Part shown: positions 20,747 to 30,324 of the stretch, in pieces | How the letters are laid out: each line of letters starts with the position of its first letter | Position numbering within the stretch: position 1 is the first letter of the stretch | From: Acidobacteriota bacterium | GTDB lineage: Bacteria; Acidobacteriota; Vicinamibacteria; Vicinamibacterales; UBA2999 | Reading direction: 5' to 3' | Length of the DNA: 64,000 nt | Assembly: GCA_016210845.1 (NCBI GenBank) | Contig: JACQTK010000142.1 | Coordinates: forward strand, 11,479-75,478 | The notes under the pieces: model-generated | Database searches by the model: none | Seen by the model: only the letters and a program-made list of their open reading frames with translations | What the model was told of the DNA's origin: nothing | Made by a program: the position numbers and the translations under genes

Positions 20747-21874
20747 TCACATCGCCACGGCGATCGTCCAGTACGCCAGGCCACCCAGCAGCGCGCCGCA
20801 CGGCAGCGTCAGCAGCCACGAGGCGGCGATGGCGCCGACCACCGGCACGTTGGCGCTCCGCGCCGCCACGCCGATCCCAACGAGCGAGCCCACCGATACG
20901 TGCGTGGTCGACACCGGAAGGCCGTTCATGCTCGCCAGCAGGACAAGGATGCCGGTGGAGAGATTTGCCGCGAATCCCTGCCCGTGCGACATCGGCGTGA
21001 TGCGATGGCTCATCGTCTCGGCCACCTTCCTGGCCTGCAGCAGGCCGCCGAGCGCCATCGCGGACGCGACGACCAGAGCGCCGCCCCGCACGTCGAACGC
21101 CGCCACCGTGAGCAGCAGCGCCGCAATCTTCGGCGTGTCGTTCACCCCGCGCGCAAAGCTGACCACGCCCGCGCTGAGCACGTGAGCCGCATCCACCAGC
21201 GCCTGCACGCGGACGCCGAGAAAGGTGCCCGCATAGCGCTCCTCGCAGGACTGCACCTCACCGGCGGCGACGTCCAGCAGCACGGGAGCCGGCCGGTTCC
21301 ACGCGGTCATCGACACGGGCTGCGGAATGGGAACAACCTGCCGTCTTTCCCCGACGCAGACGCACCACTCTTTGGTGATGCCGCACCGCACGCGCAGGTG
21401 CCGCAGGCCCGTGACGAGCGCTCCGGCCAGCGCGATTGCCAGCAGCGGGCTGACCAGCAGCGGCAGCAGGAACCCCTCGACCAGCGGCCGCACGTTCACG
21501 TCGGCGCCCGCGGCCATCAGGCTGCTGCCGGCGATCGCGCCGGTCAACCCGTGCGTCGTCGAGACGGGAAGCCCGGCGAACGTGGCGACGATGATCGTCA
21601 ACCCTGTGCCGAGCGCAATCGCGAGCAGGAGCGGTGTCGAGCCGACGATCTCGTCGGGCACGATGCCGCCGCCGGAGAACCGGACGACCAGCGCCTGCGC
21701 GAGCACCAGTGAGACGATCGATCCGGCGAAGGTGGCCACGGTGGCCCAGACCAGCGCCGTCCCATAGCCAGCCGTCCTCGACCCGTAGAGCGACGCGACG
21801 CCCTTGAAGTTGTCGTTGGCTCCGTTCGCGTACGCCAGGAAGCACGTGGCGAGCAGCAGGAGGACGATCAGCAC
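20747..21874 (-). CDS. inorganic phosphate transporter, PiT family
   Basis: [21 protein letters not shown] plus a second [12 protein letters not shown] repeat. I chose the GTG at 21874, preceded by GGAGCGGAGG. The upstream part of track ORF 20747..22339 is off-frame junk. Confidence 0.8.
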   Translation of the reverse strand: MLIVLLLLATCFLAYANGANDNFKGVASLYGSRTAGYGTALVWATVATFAGSIVSLVLAQALVVRFSGGGIVPDEIVGSTPLLLAIALGTGLTIIVATFAGLPVSTTHGLTGAIAGSSLMAAGADVNVRPLVEGFLLPLLVSPLLAIALAGALVTGLRHLRVRCGITKEWCVCVGERRQVVPIPQPVSMTAWNRPAPVLLDVAAGEVQSCEERYAGTFLGVRVQALVDAAHVLSAGVVSFARGVNDTPKIAALLLTVAAFDVRGGALVVASAMALGGLLQARKVAETMSHRITPMSHGQGFAANLSTGILVLLASMNGLPVSTTHVSVGSLVGIGVAARSANVPVVGAIAASWLLTLPCGALLGGLAYWTIAVAM

Positions 21875-22587
21875 TGCGGCCTCCGCTCCTGAACACGGGC
21901 ATGCGGCCGTCTGCCGACGGGGCTGGCGCCACGGCGTGCGCGACCTGCCTGCGCGATGTCCGAGCGCACCAGGAAGCTGCGCATGAGGGCGGCTCTGATC
22001 GCGGCGAGCCCCATCGGGAGGTTCGTCACGAACTCCGTGTGAGGCCGGCCCGCGCGGTAGGACGGCTGCCGCGCAGGGTCCTTCAGATAGCGCGTCATGA
22101 CGGACGCGTCGAACGCGTACAGCACGGTGCCGTGATGCAGCAGCGCGCGGCGTCCCCGCCGCTGGGCGCTGCCGGCCACCTTCCGGCCGTCGAGCGCGAG
22201 GTCGCTGACCGCTTCCACGGTCAGGCCCGGTACGCCGAGCGCCGCGGCCATGCGGCCCAGGATCACGTCGTAGCTGTGCGCCACGTGGCGCAGCTCGGGC
22301 CGCGCGTCGAGCGACATCAGCAGGGAATAGTTGAGACACCCGCGGCCCACGACCACCGCCCCTCCGCCCGACGTGCGTCGCACCACCGGCACACGGTCGG
22401 CCGCGCAGGCCTCCTCATCGATCTCCCGCCAGGCGGGCCCGAACGACCCGAGGATGACGGCCGGTTCCGTGGACTCCCAGAACCGCAGGGTCTCGCGGGC
22501 CGCGCCGCCTTCGAGCTCGTGGAACAGCGCCGCGTCGAAGGCGACGTTCCAGCGGGCGTCCGGGGGGCCGTTCTCGATCAGGCGCAT
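21868..22587 (-). CDS. lipoate/octanoate-protein ligase family protein (LplA/LipM-like)
   Basis: 239 aa of the BPL/LplA/LipB fold: RRTSGGGAVVVGRGCLNYSL and DGRKVAGSAQRR (putative catalytic Lys). It is divergent from the operon starting at 22673. Confidence 0.7.
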   Translation of the reverse strand: MRLIENGPPDARWNVAFDAALFHELEGGAARETLRFWESTEPAVILGSFGPAWREIDEEACAADRVPVVRRTSGGGAVVVGRGCLNYSLLMSLDARPELRHVAHSYDVILGRMAAALGVPGLTVEAVSDLALDGRKVAGSAQRRGRRALLHHGTVLYAFDASVMTRYLKDPARQPSYRAGRPHTEFVTNLPMGLAAIRAALMRSFLVRSDIAQAGRARRGASPVGRRPHARVQERRPQC

Positions 22588-22672
22588 GCGATCCTCGGCT
22601 CTGGTGAATTACTTCGTGCACGGAGGGCGTATTTACGAATCGTCTAACATAGCACCATCCTCGATCCTGCCC

Positions 22673-23824
22673 ATGCCCGTCTATCTCGACTGCGCCGCGA
22701 CGACGCCGCTGGATCCCCGGGTCCGGGAGGAGATGCTGCGCCACCTGGGCGATGAGGCGGGCAACGCGGGCAGCCGCACGCACGAGTACGGGCGCCGCGC
22801 GCGCACGGCCGTCGAGCGTGCGCGCGACGAGGTGGCGGCGGTCGTCGCCACCTCGCGCGGCGACGTCATCTTCACCAGCGGCGCCACCGAGAGCAACAAC
22901 CTCGCGATCCTCGGGCTCGTGCGCTACGGCGAGGCCACGGGCCGGCGGCACGTCGTCTCGACCGCCATCGAGCACCACGCGGTGCTCGAGCCGCTCGCCG
23001 AGCTCGAGCGCCGTGGGTTCCACCTAGAGCGGCTCCGGCCGGACGCGGGCGGCGCGGTCGACGCCCACGCCGTGCGGCGCGCCGTCCGACACGACACGCT
23101 GCTCGTCAGCGTGATGCACGTGAACAACGAAACGGGCGTCATCCAGCCGGTCGAGGAGATCGCGTCGCTCCTCTCCTCGACCGACGCCTTCTTCCACGTC
23201 GATGCGGCGCAGGGATTCGGCAAGCAGATCGCCGCGCTGCGGCATCCGCGCGTCGATCTGATCAGCGTCAGCGGACACAAGCTTCACGCGCCGCAGGGCG
23301 TCGGGGCGCTCGTCGCGCGGCGCCGCGGACGCGCGCGTCCGCCGCTGGAGCCGCTGATGTTCGGCGGCGGGCAGGAGCGCGGCTGGCGTCCGGGCACGCT
23401 GCCCGTGCACCTGATCGCCGCGCTCGGCACGGCGGCGCGGCTCGCGCTCGAGGAGCACGACGAGCGAGAGCGGCGGTGCCTCGACCTCCGCGTCCGTCTG
23501 CTCCAGGGCCTCGCGCCGTTGTGCCCCGTGTTCAACGGTGATCCGAACCGATCGGTCGCGCACATCGTCAACGTCTCCATTCCGGGCGTCGAGGCGGAGG
23601 CGGCCATCGAGGCGTGGGGCGATCTCGTCGCGATCGCGCATGGCGCCGCGTGCACGTCCCAGACGTACACCTGCAGCCACGTGTTGACCGCGATGGGCGT
23701 GTCACCCTCGGCGGAGGAAGGGGCGCTTCGCCTGTCGTGGAGCCACGTGACGCCGCTGCCCGATCTGGCCGCGATGGTCCACGCCATTGACGAGGTTCGC
23801 GCCACGCGCGGGAGCTCGGGGTGA
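22673..23824 (+). CDS. cysteine desulfurase (NifS/IscS class)
   Basis: MPVYLDCAATTPLDPRV..., PLP lysine motif SVSGHKLHAPQG, and active-site Cys in HGAACTSQ. Confidence 0.85.
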   Translation: MPVYLDCAATTPLDPRVREEMLRHLGDEAGNAGSRTHEYGRRARTAVERARDEVAAVVATSRGDVIFTSGATESNNLAILGLVRYGEATGRRHVVSTAIEHHAVLEPLAELERRGFHLERLRPDAGGAVDAHAVRRAVRHDTLLVSVMHVNNETGVIQPVEEIASLLSSTDAFFHVDAAQGFGKQIAALRHPRVDLISVSGHKLHAPQGVGALVARRRGRARPPLEPLMFGGGQERGWRPGTLPVHLIAALGTAARLALEEHDERERRCLDLRVRLLQGLAPLCPVFNGDPNRSVAHIVNVSIPGVEAEAAIEAWGDLVAIAHGAACTSQTYTCSHVLTAMGVSPSAEEGALRLSWSHVTPLPDLAAMVHAIDEVRATRGSSG

Positions 23825-24288
23825 CCCCGCCGGCCGCCCCGACGATCCCGTACCGGCGGTCGCGGTTTTCCACGCCTCTGCCCGTCGATCGCCGGTATAC
23901 GGCGGCGCACTACTGGGTGCGGGAGGAAACGCAGGGCATCTGGCGCGTCGGCTTCACCAGGTTCGCCACGCGCATGCTGGGCGACCTTGTAGAATACGAC
24001 TTCTCCGTGGCCGCCGGTGACGCCGTTCAGGTGGGCGAGGAGATCGGATCGATCGAAGGCTTCAAGGCGGTCACGAGCCTGTTCAGCGTCGCCGAGGGCG
24101 AGTTCCTCGGCGCGGGCGACGGCCTGAGCGCCGACATCACGGCCGCCGAGTCCGATCCGTACGGCCGGGGTTGGCTCTACGCGGTGCGCGGGCGCCCCGA
24201 CCCGCAGAGCGTCGACGTCCAGGGCTACATCGCCATTCTGGACGCCACGATCGACCGCATGCTCGAAACGAGGTACGGCACGACGTGA
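23821..24288 (+). CDS. glycine-cleavage H-protein-like lipoyl-carrier protein
   Basis: GcvH layout: HYWV...VGFTRFATRMLGDLV, SIEGFKAVTSLFS (Lys at the lipoylation position) and DPYGRGWLY. Its GTG overlaps the upstream stop (GTGA). Confidence 0.7.
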   Translation: MTPPAAPTIPYRRSRFSTPLPVDRRYTAAHYWVREETQGIWRVGFTRFATRMLGDLVEYDFSVAAGDAVQVGEEIGSIEGFKAVTSLFSVAEGEFLGAGDGLSADITAAESDPYGRGWLYAVRGRPDPQSVDVQGYIAILDATIDRMLETRYGTT

Positions 24289-25415
24289 GCGCGAGAGCGG
24301 ACTACATCATGGTGGGCGGCTTCCTCGGTGCGGGCAAGACGACGGCCCTGCTGAGGCTGGCGGCGCACCTGACCGCGGGCGGCCGCCGCGTCGGCCTGAT
24401 CACCAACGATCAGAGCTCCGGTCTCGCCGACACCGCACTGGTCGACTCGTACGGGTACCCGGTCCAGGAGATCAGCGGCGGCTGTTTCTGCTGTCGTTTC
24501 AACTCACTCACCGCGGCGGTCGAGCGGCTGACCGCCGCGTCCACGCCCGACGTGTTCCTCGCCGAGCCTGTTGGAAGCTGCACCGACCTCCGCGCGTCGG
24601 TGCAGTATCCGCTGCGGCGGCTCTCTGGCGGCGCCTACCGCATCGCTCCGCTGAGCGTGCTGGTCGATCCCATCAGGGCCGCGCGCATCCTCGGCCTCGA
24701 CGCGGGCAAGGCGTTCTCGCCGAAGGTGCGCTACGTCTACGGCACGCAGCTCGAGGAGGCCGAGGTCATCGTCATCAACAAGGCCGATCTGCTCGACACT
24801 GTGGGGCAGGAGCGTCTCGAACGCGCGCTGCGTCAGACGTATCCCCACGCCGATGTTCGTACCGTCAGCGCGCGCACGGGCGCCGGCCTGGACGGCTGGT
24901 TCGCGCGCGTCCTCGACCTCGAGTCGGACACGCGGCCCGCGCCAATGCTGGACTACGACGCCTACGCCGAAGGGGAGGCTCTGCTGGGCTGGTGCAATGC
25001 CACCTTCCGCGTGGACGCCTCGGCGCCCTTTGACGGCAATGCCCTCCTCACCGAGCTGGCGACCGGGATTCGCGATCGGCTGATTGGCGAGATCGCGCAC
25101 GTCAAGATGACGCTCGCGCCGCTCGACGAGGGCAGGGACATCGGGGCGGTCAATCTGGTTGACGGCGAAGGCGAGCCCGAGCTGTCGCACGCGCTGCAGG
25201 ACGAGGTGACGTGCGGCGAGCTCATCGTGAACCTGCGCGCCGAGGCCGACCCCGAGCGGCTGCGGCAGACGACGATCGACGCCCTCGCCGCCGTCGCGGG
25301 GCGCCACCGTGTCGCCACGAGCGTCGTGCACATCGAGCACTTCCGGCCCGCCAGGCCGTCGCCGACGCACCGCATGGCGACCGCCGACGCGCGCGGTGCC
25401 GAACTGGGGGCCTGA
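24285..25415 (+). CDS. G3E-family P-loop GTPase (CobW/HypB/UreG-like metallochaperone)
   Basis: IMVGGFLGAGKTTALLRL Walker A and VINKADL. GTGA overlap with the upstream gene. Confidence 0.75.
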   Translation: MSARADYIMVGGFLGAGKTTALLRLAAHLTAGGRRVGLITNDQSSGLADTALVDSYGYPVQEISGGCFCCRFNSLTAAVERLTAASTPDVFLAEPVGSCTDLRASVQYPLRRLSGGAYRIAPLSVLVDPIRAARILGLDAGKAFSPKVRYVYGTQLEEAEVIVINKADLLDTVGQERLERALRQTYPHADVRTVSARTGAGLDGWFARVLDLESDTRPAPMLDYDAYAEGEALLGWCNATFRVDASAPFDGNALLTELATGIRDRLIGEIAHVKMTLAPLDEGRDIGAVNLVDGEGEPELSHALQDEVTCGELIVNLRAEADPERLRQTTIDALAAVAGRHRVATSVVHIEHFRPARPSPTHRMATADARGAELGA

Positions 25416-25417
25416 GC

Positions 25418-25747
25418 ATGGCGGCGCGCATCCTTTACTGCCACTGCGCCTACGCGCGGGTCGTGCCTCCCGAGACCAAGGACGCGGTGCTGGACGGCCT
25501 CGCCTGCGCGGAGGCTGAGTTCGAGGCCGTTCCGGACCTCTGCGAGATGGCGGCCCGCAAGGATCCGCGCCTCGCGGAGCTGGCGGCCGGGGAACCGCTG
25601 CGCATCGCGGCCTGCTATCCCCGTGCCGTCAAGTGGCTGTTCGCGTCGGCGGGGGTAAACATCGAGGGCAAGGCCGCCGTTATCCTCAACATGCGCACCG
25701 AGCCGGCTGAGCGGGTGCTCGAGGGCCTGTTGCATGACGAGCGTTGA
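25418..25747 (+). CDS. small Cys-rich protein of unknown function
   Basis: 109 aa, MAARILYCHCAYARVVP...GLACAEAEF...DLCEMA...IAACYP. It starts 2 nt after the upstream stop. No family recognised. Confidence 0.55.
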   Translation: MAARILYCHCAYARVVPPETKDAVLDGLACAEAEFEAVPDLCEMAARKDPRLAELAAGEPLRIAACYPRAVKWLFASAGVNIEGKAAVILNMRTEPAERVLEGLLHDER

Positions 25748-26504
25748 CGTGGCGGCGACGAGAGTCGTGATCGAGGCGACACGTGGCGAGGGCACGGATC
25801 GCCAGCGCCGGTTCGACGTCATGCGAGCCCTGCTCGAGAAGGGCTATGCGGTCTCCGCGTCCCGGACGGTCCCCGCCGCCGATGACGATCGTGTGCGGGT
25901 GCTCCGCCACGCCGACTACGCGAACGGGCCGTCAGCGCTGCTCGCCACACTCGACCGCGCGCGCGAGCAGGGCGGAAGGCCTCAGGGCGGCGCGTGGAAG
26001 CCCTGGTTCCCCGTGATCGACTACCAGCGCTGCACCAACTGCATGCAGTGCCTGAGCTTCTGTCTGTTCGACGTCTACGGCGTCTCGGCCGACAAGACGA
26101 TCGAGGTGCGGAACCAGAGCAACTGCAAGACGGATTGCCCTGCGTGCTCCCGCGTCTGTCCCGAAGTCGCGATCATGTTCCCGAAGTACCGCCACGGACC
26201 GATCAACGGCGAGGAGGTGCACGCCGACGACATCCGCCGCGAGGCGATGAGGGTGGACATCTCCGCCCTGCTCGGCGGCGACATCTACGCCGCGCTTCGT
26301 GACCGCAGCGCGAAGGCGACGTCGCGCTTCTCCAAGGAGCGAGACGATGCCCGCGCGCTGAAGGAGCGGCAGACGTGTCTCGTCGCGCTGCAGAAGGCGC
26401 TCGACGTGCCGGCCGAGGTGCTGGCGTCGCTGCCCACCTCCGACGAGATCCGCGCCAGGGCGGCAGCGGCCATGGCCCGCGCCCGCGAGGCGACGGGAGA
26501 ATGA
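25734..26504 (+). CDS. 4Fe-4S dicluster ferredoxin-domain protein with N- and C-terminal extensions
   Basis: CTNCMQCLSFC and CKTDCPACSRVCP cluster motifs. It overlaps both neighbours. Confidence 0.8.
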   Translation: MTSVDVAATRVVIEATRGEGTDRQRRFDVMRALLEKGYAVSASRTVPAADDDRVRVLRHADYANGPSALLATLDRAREQGGRPQGGAWKPWFPVIDYQRCTNCMQCLSFCLFDVYGVSADKTIEVRNQSNCKTDCPACSRVCPEVAIMFPKYRHGPINGEEVHADDIRREAMRVDISALLGGDIYAALRDRSAKATSRFSKERDDARALKERQTCLVALQKALDVPAEVLASLPTSDEIRARAAAAMARAREATGE

Positions 26505-27697
26505 TGCTCATCCCCCTCGCGCGGCGTGTCCTGACGGAAGCCGACCCGAAGGTCATCGGCAAGTTCGTCTACAACTTCGGGATCAAGGGCGTGCGCTCGG
26601 TCGAGCTGTACAAACGCCGGCTCCGCCGCGGCCAGTCCTTCCCCCCGTTCCTGTTCATCTCCGTCATCTCGGGCTGCCAGCTTCGATGTCAGGGGTGCTG
26701 GGTGGACGTGGAGGCGCCGTCGAAGCGCCTGTCGCGCGAGGATCTGAACCGCATCATCGGCGACGCACAGGCGCACGGCAACAGCTACTTCGGCATCCTC
26801 GGCGGCGAGCCGTTCCTGCATCCGGAGCTGCTGGAAGTCTTCGGCGATCATCCGGACTGCTACTTCCAGGTGTTCACCAACGGGCAGCTGATCACCGACG
26901 CGGTGGCGCGCGAGCTGCGGCGGCTGGGCAACGTCACGCCGCTCGTCAGCCTCGAGGGCACCGAAGCGGTCAGCGACGTCCGCCGCGGCCGCCTCAACGT
27001 CTTCAGCAAATCGCTGGCGGGGCTGGAGCAGTGCCGCCGCCACAAGCTGCTGATCGGCGTGGCCACCAGCGTGTGTCAGAGCAACATCGACGATCTGGTG
27101 ACCGAAGCCTGGCTGCGGCGGCTGATCGCCATGGGCGTCCACTACGTCTGGTTCCACACGTACCGCGTGATCGGGCCGCACGCCTCGCCCGAGCTGGCGC
27201 TGCGTCCCGAGCAGGTGGTCGCCGTGCGGCGCTTCATCGTCCGGATGCGCGCGCGCCTGCCCATCGCCATTGTCGACGCCTACTGGGACGACCGCGGCGA
27301 GGCGCTCTGCCCGATGGCCACGGGCGTGAGCCATCACATCAGCCCGTACGGCGATGTCGAGCCGTGTCCGATCATCCAGTTCGCCCGCGAGACGGTGCGT
27401 GATCGCGACAGTCTGTTCGACACGATGACGCAGTCGACCTTTCTGCAGGAGTTCCGCGAGACGGCCGCCCGCACCACGCGAGGGTGCATCGTCCTCGAGC
27501 GGCCGGATCTCGTGCGCGACCTGGTGGTCAGGCACGGCGCGCGCGACACCACCCAGCGCGGCACGGCGCTCGCGGAGCTCGAGCGGCTGGAGCGCCGCAC
27601 CAGCCAGCACAACCCGGGGCAGGAAGTCCCCGAGGATCACTGGGCCTACCGCTTCGCCAAGAAGCACTGGTTCTTCGGCTTTGGAGCGTATACGTGA
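26501..27697 (+). CDS. radical SAM enzyme (subfamily not identified)
   Basis: CQLRCQGC (CxxxCxxC) near the N-terminus, GGEPFLHPE, and a Cys-containing C-terminal region (ALCPMATG...VEPCP). ATGA overlap with the ferredoxin stop. Confidence 0.8.
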   Translation: MMLIPLARRVLTEADPKVIGKFVYNFGIKGVRSVELYKRRLRRGQSFPPFLFISVISGCQLRCQGCWVDVEAPSKRLSREDLNRIIGDAQAHGNSYFGILGGEPFLHPELLEVFGDHPDCYFQVFTNGQLITDAVARELRRLGNVTPLVSLEGTEAVSDVRRGRLNVFSKSLAGLEQCRRHKLLIGVATSVCQSNIDDLVTEAWLRRLIAMGVHYVWFHTYRVIGPHASPELALRPEQVVAVRRFIVRMRARLPIAIVDAYWDDRGEALCPMATGVSHHISPYGDVEPCPIIQFARETVRDRDSLFDTMTQSTFLQEFRETAARTTRGCIVLERPDLVRDLVVRHGARDTTQRGTALAELERLERRTSQHNPGQEVPEDHWAYRFAKKHWFFGFGAYT

Positions 27698-29418
27698 TGA
27701 AGCTGCCTGGTCTGGACGTGATGCGGATGGTGCCCGAGCGGAGCCGCGTGCCGCAGGCCAACATTCCGCAGACGCTCGCCGAGCGGGAGCGCCTGCGCGC
27801 GATCGTCGCGCGCTACGTGGCCGAACGCCGTGAACGCCTCGTCCCGCCGCTGGTGCTGGAGGAGCTCAGGACGCATGCGGACCGGGTGGCGACCGTCGCG
27901 GGGATCGATCCCGGCTACCGCGACTACGCGGGCGTCCTGCTCAACAACGAGGTCTGGCGCGAGGCGCTGGCGGCGATTCCCTACGATCGCCGCCTCCTGC
28001 TGCTGCCGAAGTGCCTGCGCGTCGAGGACAAGTGTCCGGCCCCGTTCGACGAGTTCGGCCTGCTGTGCAAGCAGTGCGGGCTCTGCACGATTCAGGATCT
28101 GCAGAACGAGGCCGAGCGTCTCGGCTACGCGGTGCTCGTGGCCGAGGGATCGGCCATCGTCATGTCGCTCATCCAGACCGGGAAGATCGATGCCATCGTC
28201 GGGGTGAGCTGCCTGTCCGTCCTGGAACGCGCGTTCCCCTATATGGAAGCGGCGGCGGTGCCAGGCGTCGCCATCCCCCTGCTCCAGGACGACTGCAAGG
28301 ACACCACGGTCGATCTCGACTGGGTGTGGGACGTCATCCACGCGAGCAGCGACGATCGCACGCGGCGCCTGGACCTCGACGGCCTGCGGTGCGAGGTCGA
28401 GGGCTGGTTCGAGCCCGCCACGCTCGACCGGCTGCTCGGCGGTCCGCCCTCGGGCCCCGCCGATCGCGTGGCGCGCGCGTGGCTGACGCGCGCGGGCAAG
28501 CGCTGGCGCCCGTTCCTGGCTGCCTGCGCGTTCAAGGCATGGCAGGACGATCCGTCCGCCCCGCTGCCCGACGCGATCAAGCGCGTGGCCGTCGCGGTGG
28601 AGTGCTTCCACAAGGCGTCGCTCGTGCACGACGACATCGAGGACGGCGACGCGACGCGCTACGGGGAGCAGGCGCTCCACGTCGAGCACGGCGTCCCGGT
28701 GGCGCTCAACGCGGGCGACCTGCTGATCGGCGAGGGCTATCGGCTGCTGGCGGAATGCGACGCGCCCCCGGCCGTACGCGCCGCGCTCGTGCGCATCGCG
28801 GCCGAGGGCCATCGTCAGTTGTGTCTCGGGCAGGGCGCCGAGCTCGACTGGGCGCACCACCCGCGCGTGCTCGGCGCCGCGGAAGTCCTGGAGATCTTCC
28901 GCCGCAAGACCTCGCCTGCCTTCGAGGTGGCGCTCCGCCTGGGCGCCGCGCTGGCGGGAGCGCCCGACGACGTCCACGAGACGCTCACGCGCTACAGCGA
29001 CGCGCTGGGCGTGGCGTACCAGATTCGCGACGACATCGAGGACCTGGACGCGGCCGACGCCCCGAACGGCGTCCAGGCCATGCGGCCGTCGCTGCCGCTG
29101 GCGCTCGCCTGCGAGCGCGCCACCGGTACCGCGAAGGCGCGCCTCCAGCAGGCCTGGCTGACCGGGCATCCTGCCGACGTCGAGACGCTGCGCCGCCTGG
29201 TGCTCGAATCGGGCGCTGCCGATCGCTGCCGGATGCTCGTGGAGCTGTATAAGGAGCAGGCCATTCAAACGCTGCCGGAGCTGCAGAACGCCAGCGTGAA
29301 GGGGCTGCTCCGCCGCGTGGTCGGCAAGATCTTCCGCGTCGAGATCCAGGGGTGGTGCAGTGAGTTTGAGGCTCGAAATGCTGCAGGTGGCGCGGTTGGC
29401 GCCGCAGCAGCTGGGTGA
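27697..29418 (+). CDS. fusion protein: Cys-rich DUF116-like N-domain plus polyprenyl diphosphate synthase
   Basis: N-terminal LLLLPKCLRVEDKCPAP...CKQCGLC. The C-terminal half has both Asp-rich motifs, LVHDDIEDGD and YQIRDDIEDLD. Its ATG shares one nucleotide with the upstream stop. Confidence 0.8.
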   Translation: MKLPGLDVMRMVPERSRVPQANIPQTLAERERLRAIVARYVAERRERLVPPLVLEELRTHADRVATVAGIDPGYRDYAGVLLNNEVWREALAAIPYDRRLLLLPKCLRVEDKCPAPFDEFGLLCKQCGLCTIQDLQNEAERLGYAVLVAEGSAIVMSLIQTGKIDAIVGVSCLSVLERAFPYMEAAAVPGVAIPLLQDDCKDTTVDLDWVWDVIHASSDDRTRRLDLDGLRCEVEGWFEPATLDRLLGGPPSGPADRVARAWLTRAGKRWRPFLAACAFKAWQDDPSAPLPDAIKRVAVAVECFHKASLVHDDIEDGDATRYGEQALHVEHGVPVALNAGDLLIGEGYRLLAECDAPPAVRAALVRIAAEGHRQLCLGQGAELDWAHHPRVLGAAEVLEIFRRKTSPAFEVALRLGAALAGAPDDVHETLTRYSDALGVAYQIRDDIEDLDAADAPNGVQAMRPSLPLALACERATGTAKARLQQAWLTGHPADVETLRRLVLESGAADRCRMLVELYKEQAIQTLPELQNASVKGLLRRVVGKIFRVEIQGWCSEFEARNAAGGAVGAAAAG

Positions 29419-30253
29419 GTCCCGCGATCTCGTCGCCGCGTTCCTTCGCAGCCGACTCGCGGCCGACGGCGGGTTCCAGAACCGCGACGGAGACAGCGAC
29501 CTGTACTACACGGTCTTCGGTCTCGAGGGGCTCGTCGCGCTGCAGGAAGCGGTGCCCGCCGAAGCCGTCACGCCGTTTCTGCGACACTTCGGCGACGGCG
29601 AGGGGCTGGACTTCGTGCATCTCGCCTGCCTCGCCCGCTGCTGGGCCGGCGTCTCCCGCGATCTCACGGGCGTGCCGAGCCGCGCGATCCTCGCGCGGCT
29701 CGAGGACCACCGGACCGGCGACGGCGGATACGCGCAGACGCCCGAGGCCCCGCATGGAAGCGTGTACGCCGGCTTCCTCGCGCTCGGGGCGTACGAGGAT
29801 TTCCACGCCGCCCTGCCGGAACCGGATCGTCTGCTGGACTCGATCGGCGGCCTCCGCGCCCACGACGGCGGCTACGCGAACCGTCCGGGTGACGCGCACG
29901 GCGTCACCACGGTGACTGCGGCGGCCGTGGCCCTGCTCAAGACGCTCGGCGGCCCCATCGATCCTCACCTCGGCATGTGGCTGCTCGATCGCTGCCAGCC
30001 CACCGGCGGCTTCGTCGCCACGCCGGCCGCGCCCATCCCCGACCTGCTGTCGACGGCCACGGCGCTGCACGCGCTGGCCGCCCTGCACGTCCCGCTCGAG
30101 GGGGTCGCCGAGCCCTGCCTGGACTTCGTCGATTCGCTGTGGACCAACCGTGGAGGGTTCTTCGGAAGCTGGGTCGACGATACGCTCGACTGCGAGTACA
30201 CGTACTACGGGCTGCTGGCGCTGGGCCACCTGACGGCGGCGAGTCCTGCATGA
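29360..30253 (+). CDS. prenyltransferase/squalene-oxidase repeat protein (terpenoid cyclase/PT beta-subunit-like alpha-alpha barrel)
   Basis: Repeated DGGF/DGGY/TGGF motifs (ADGGFQNR, GDGGYAQT, HDGGYANR, PTGGFVAT). It starts at a GTG inside the upstream gene's 3' end. Confidence 0.7.
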   Translation: MSLRLEMLQVARLAPQQLGESRDLVAAFLRSRLAADGGFQNRDGDSDLYYTVFGLEGLVALQEAVPAEAVTPFLRHFGDGEGLDFVHLACLARCWAGVSRDLTGVPSRAILARLEDHRTGDGGYAQTPEAPHGSVYAGFLALGAYEDFHAALPEPDRLLDSIGGLRAHDGGYANRPGDAHGVTTVTAAAVALLKTLGGPIDPHLGMWLLDRCQPTGGFVATPAAPIPDLLSTATALHALAALHVPLEGVAEPCLDFVDSLWTNRGGFFGSWVDDTLDCEYTYYGLLALGHLTAASPA

Positions 30254-30324
30254 TCCATGCAGTGGATGGCGACGAGGAGGAAATACTCGGCGCTGGGCCA
30301 CCTGACGCGGCGAGTCCTGCATGA
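30217..30324 (+). repeat. 36/37-nt direct duplication of the stop/start junction between the two terpenoid-barrel genes
   Basis: ggcgctgggccacctgacggcggcgagtcctgcatga (30217-30253) recurs as ggcgctgggccacctgacgcggcgagtcctgcatga (30289-30324) with one indel. The second copy supplies the ATG of the cyclase gene. Confidence 0.85.

Noticed and set aside
26501-27697. Calling the radical SAM enzyme HpnH (or HpnJ/HpnP) and the whole cluster a hopanoid hpn locus.
   Set aside because: The N-terminal region and Cys-motif context (SGCQLRCQGCW) do not match what I remember of HpnH. No B12-binding domain, HpnG nucleosidase or squalene synthase genes are present. This cannot be settled without HMM searches, so I left it unassigned.
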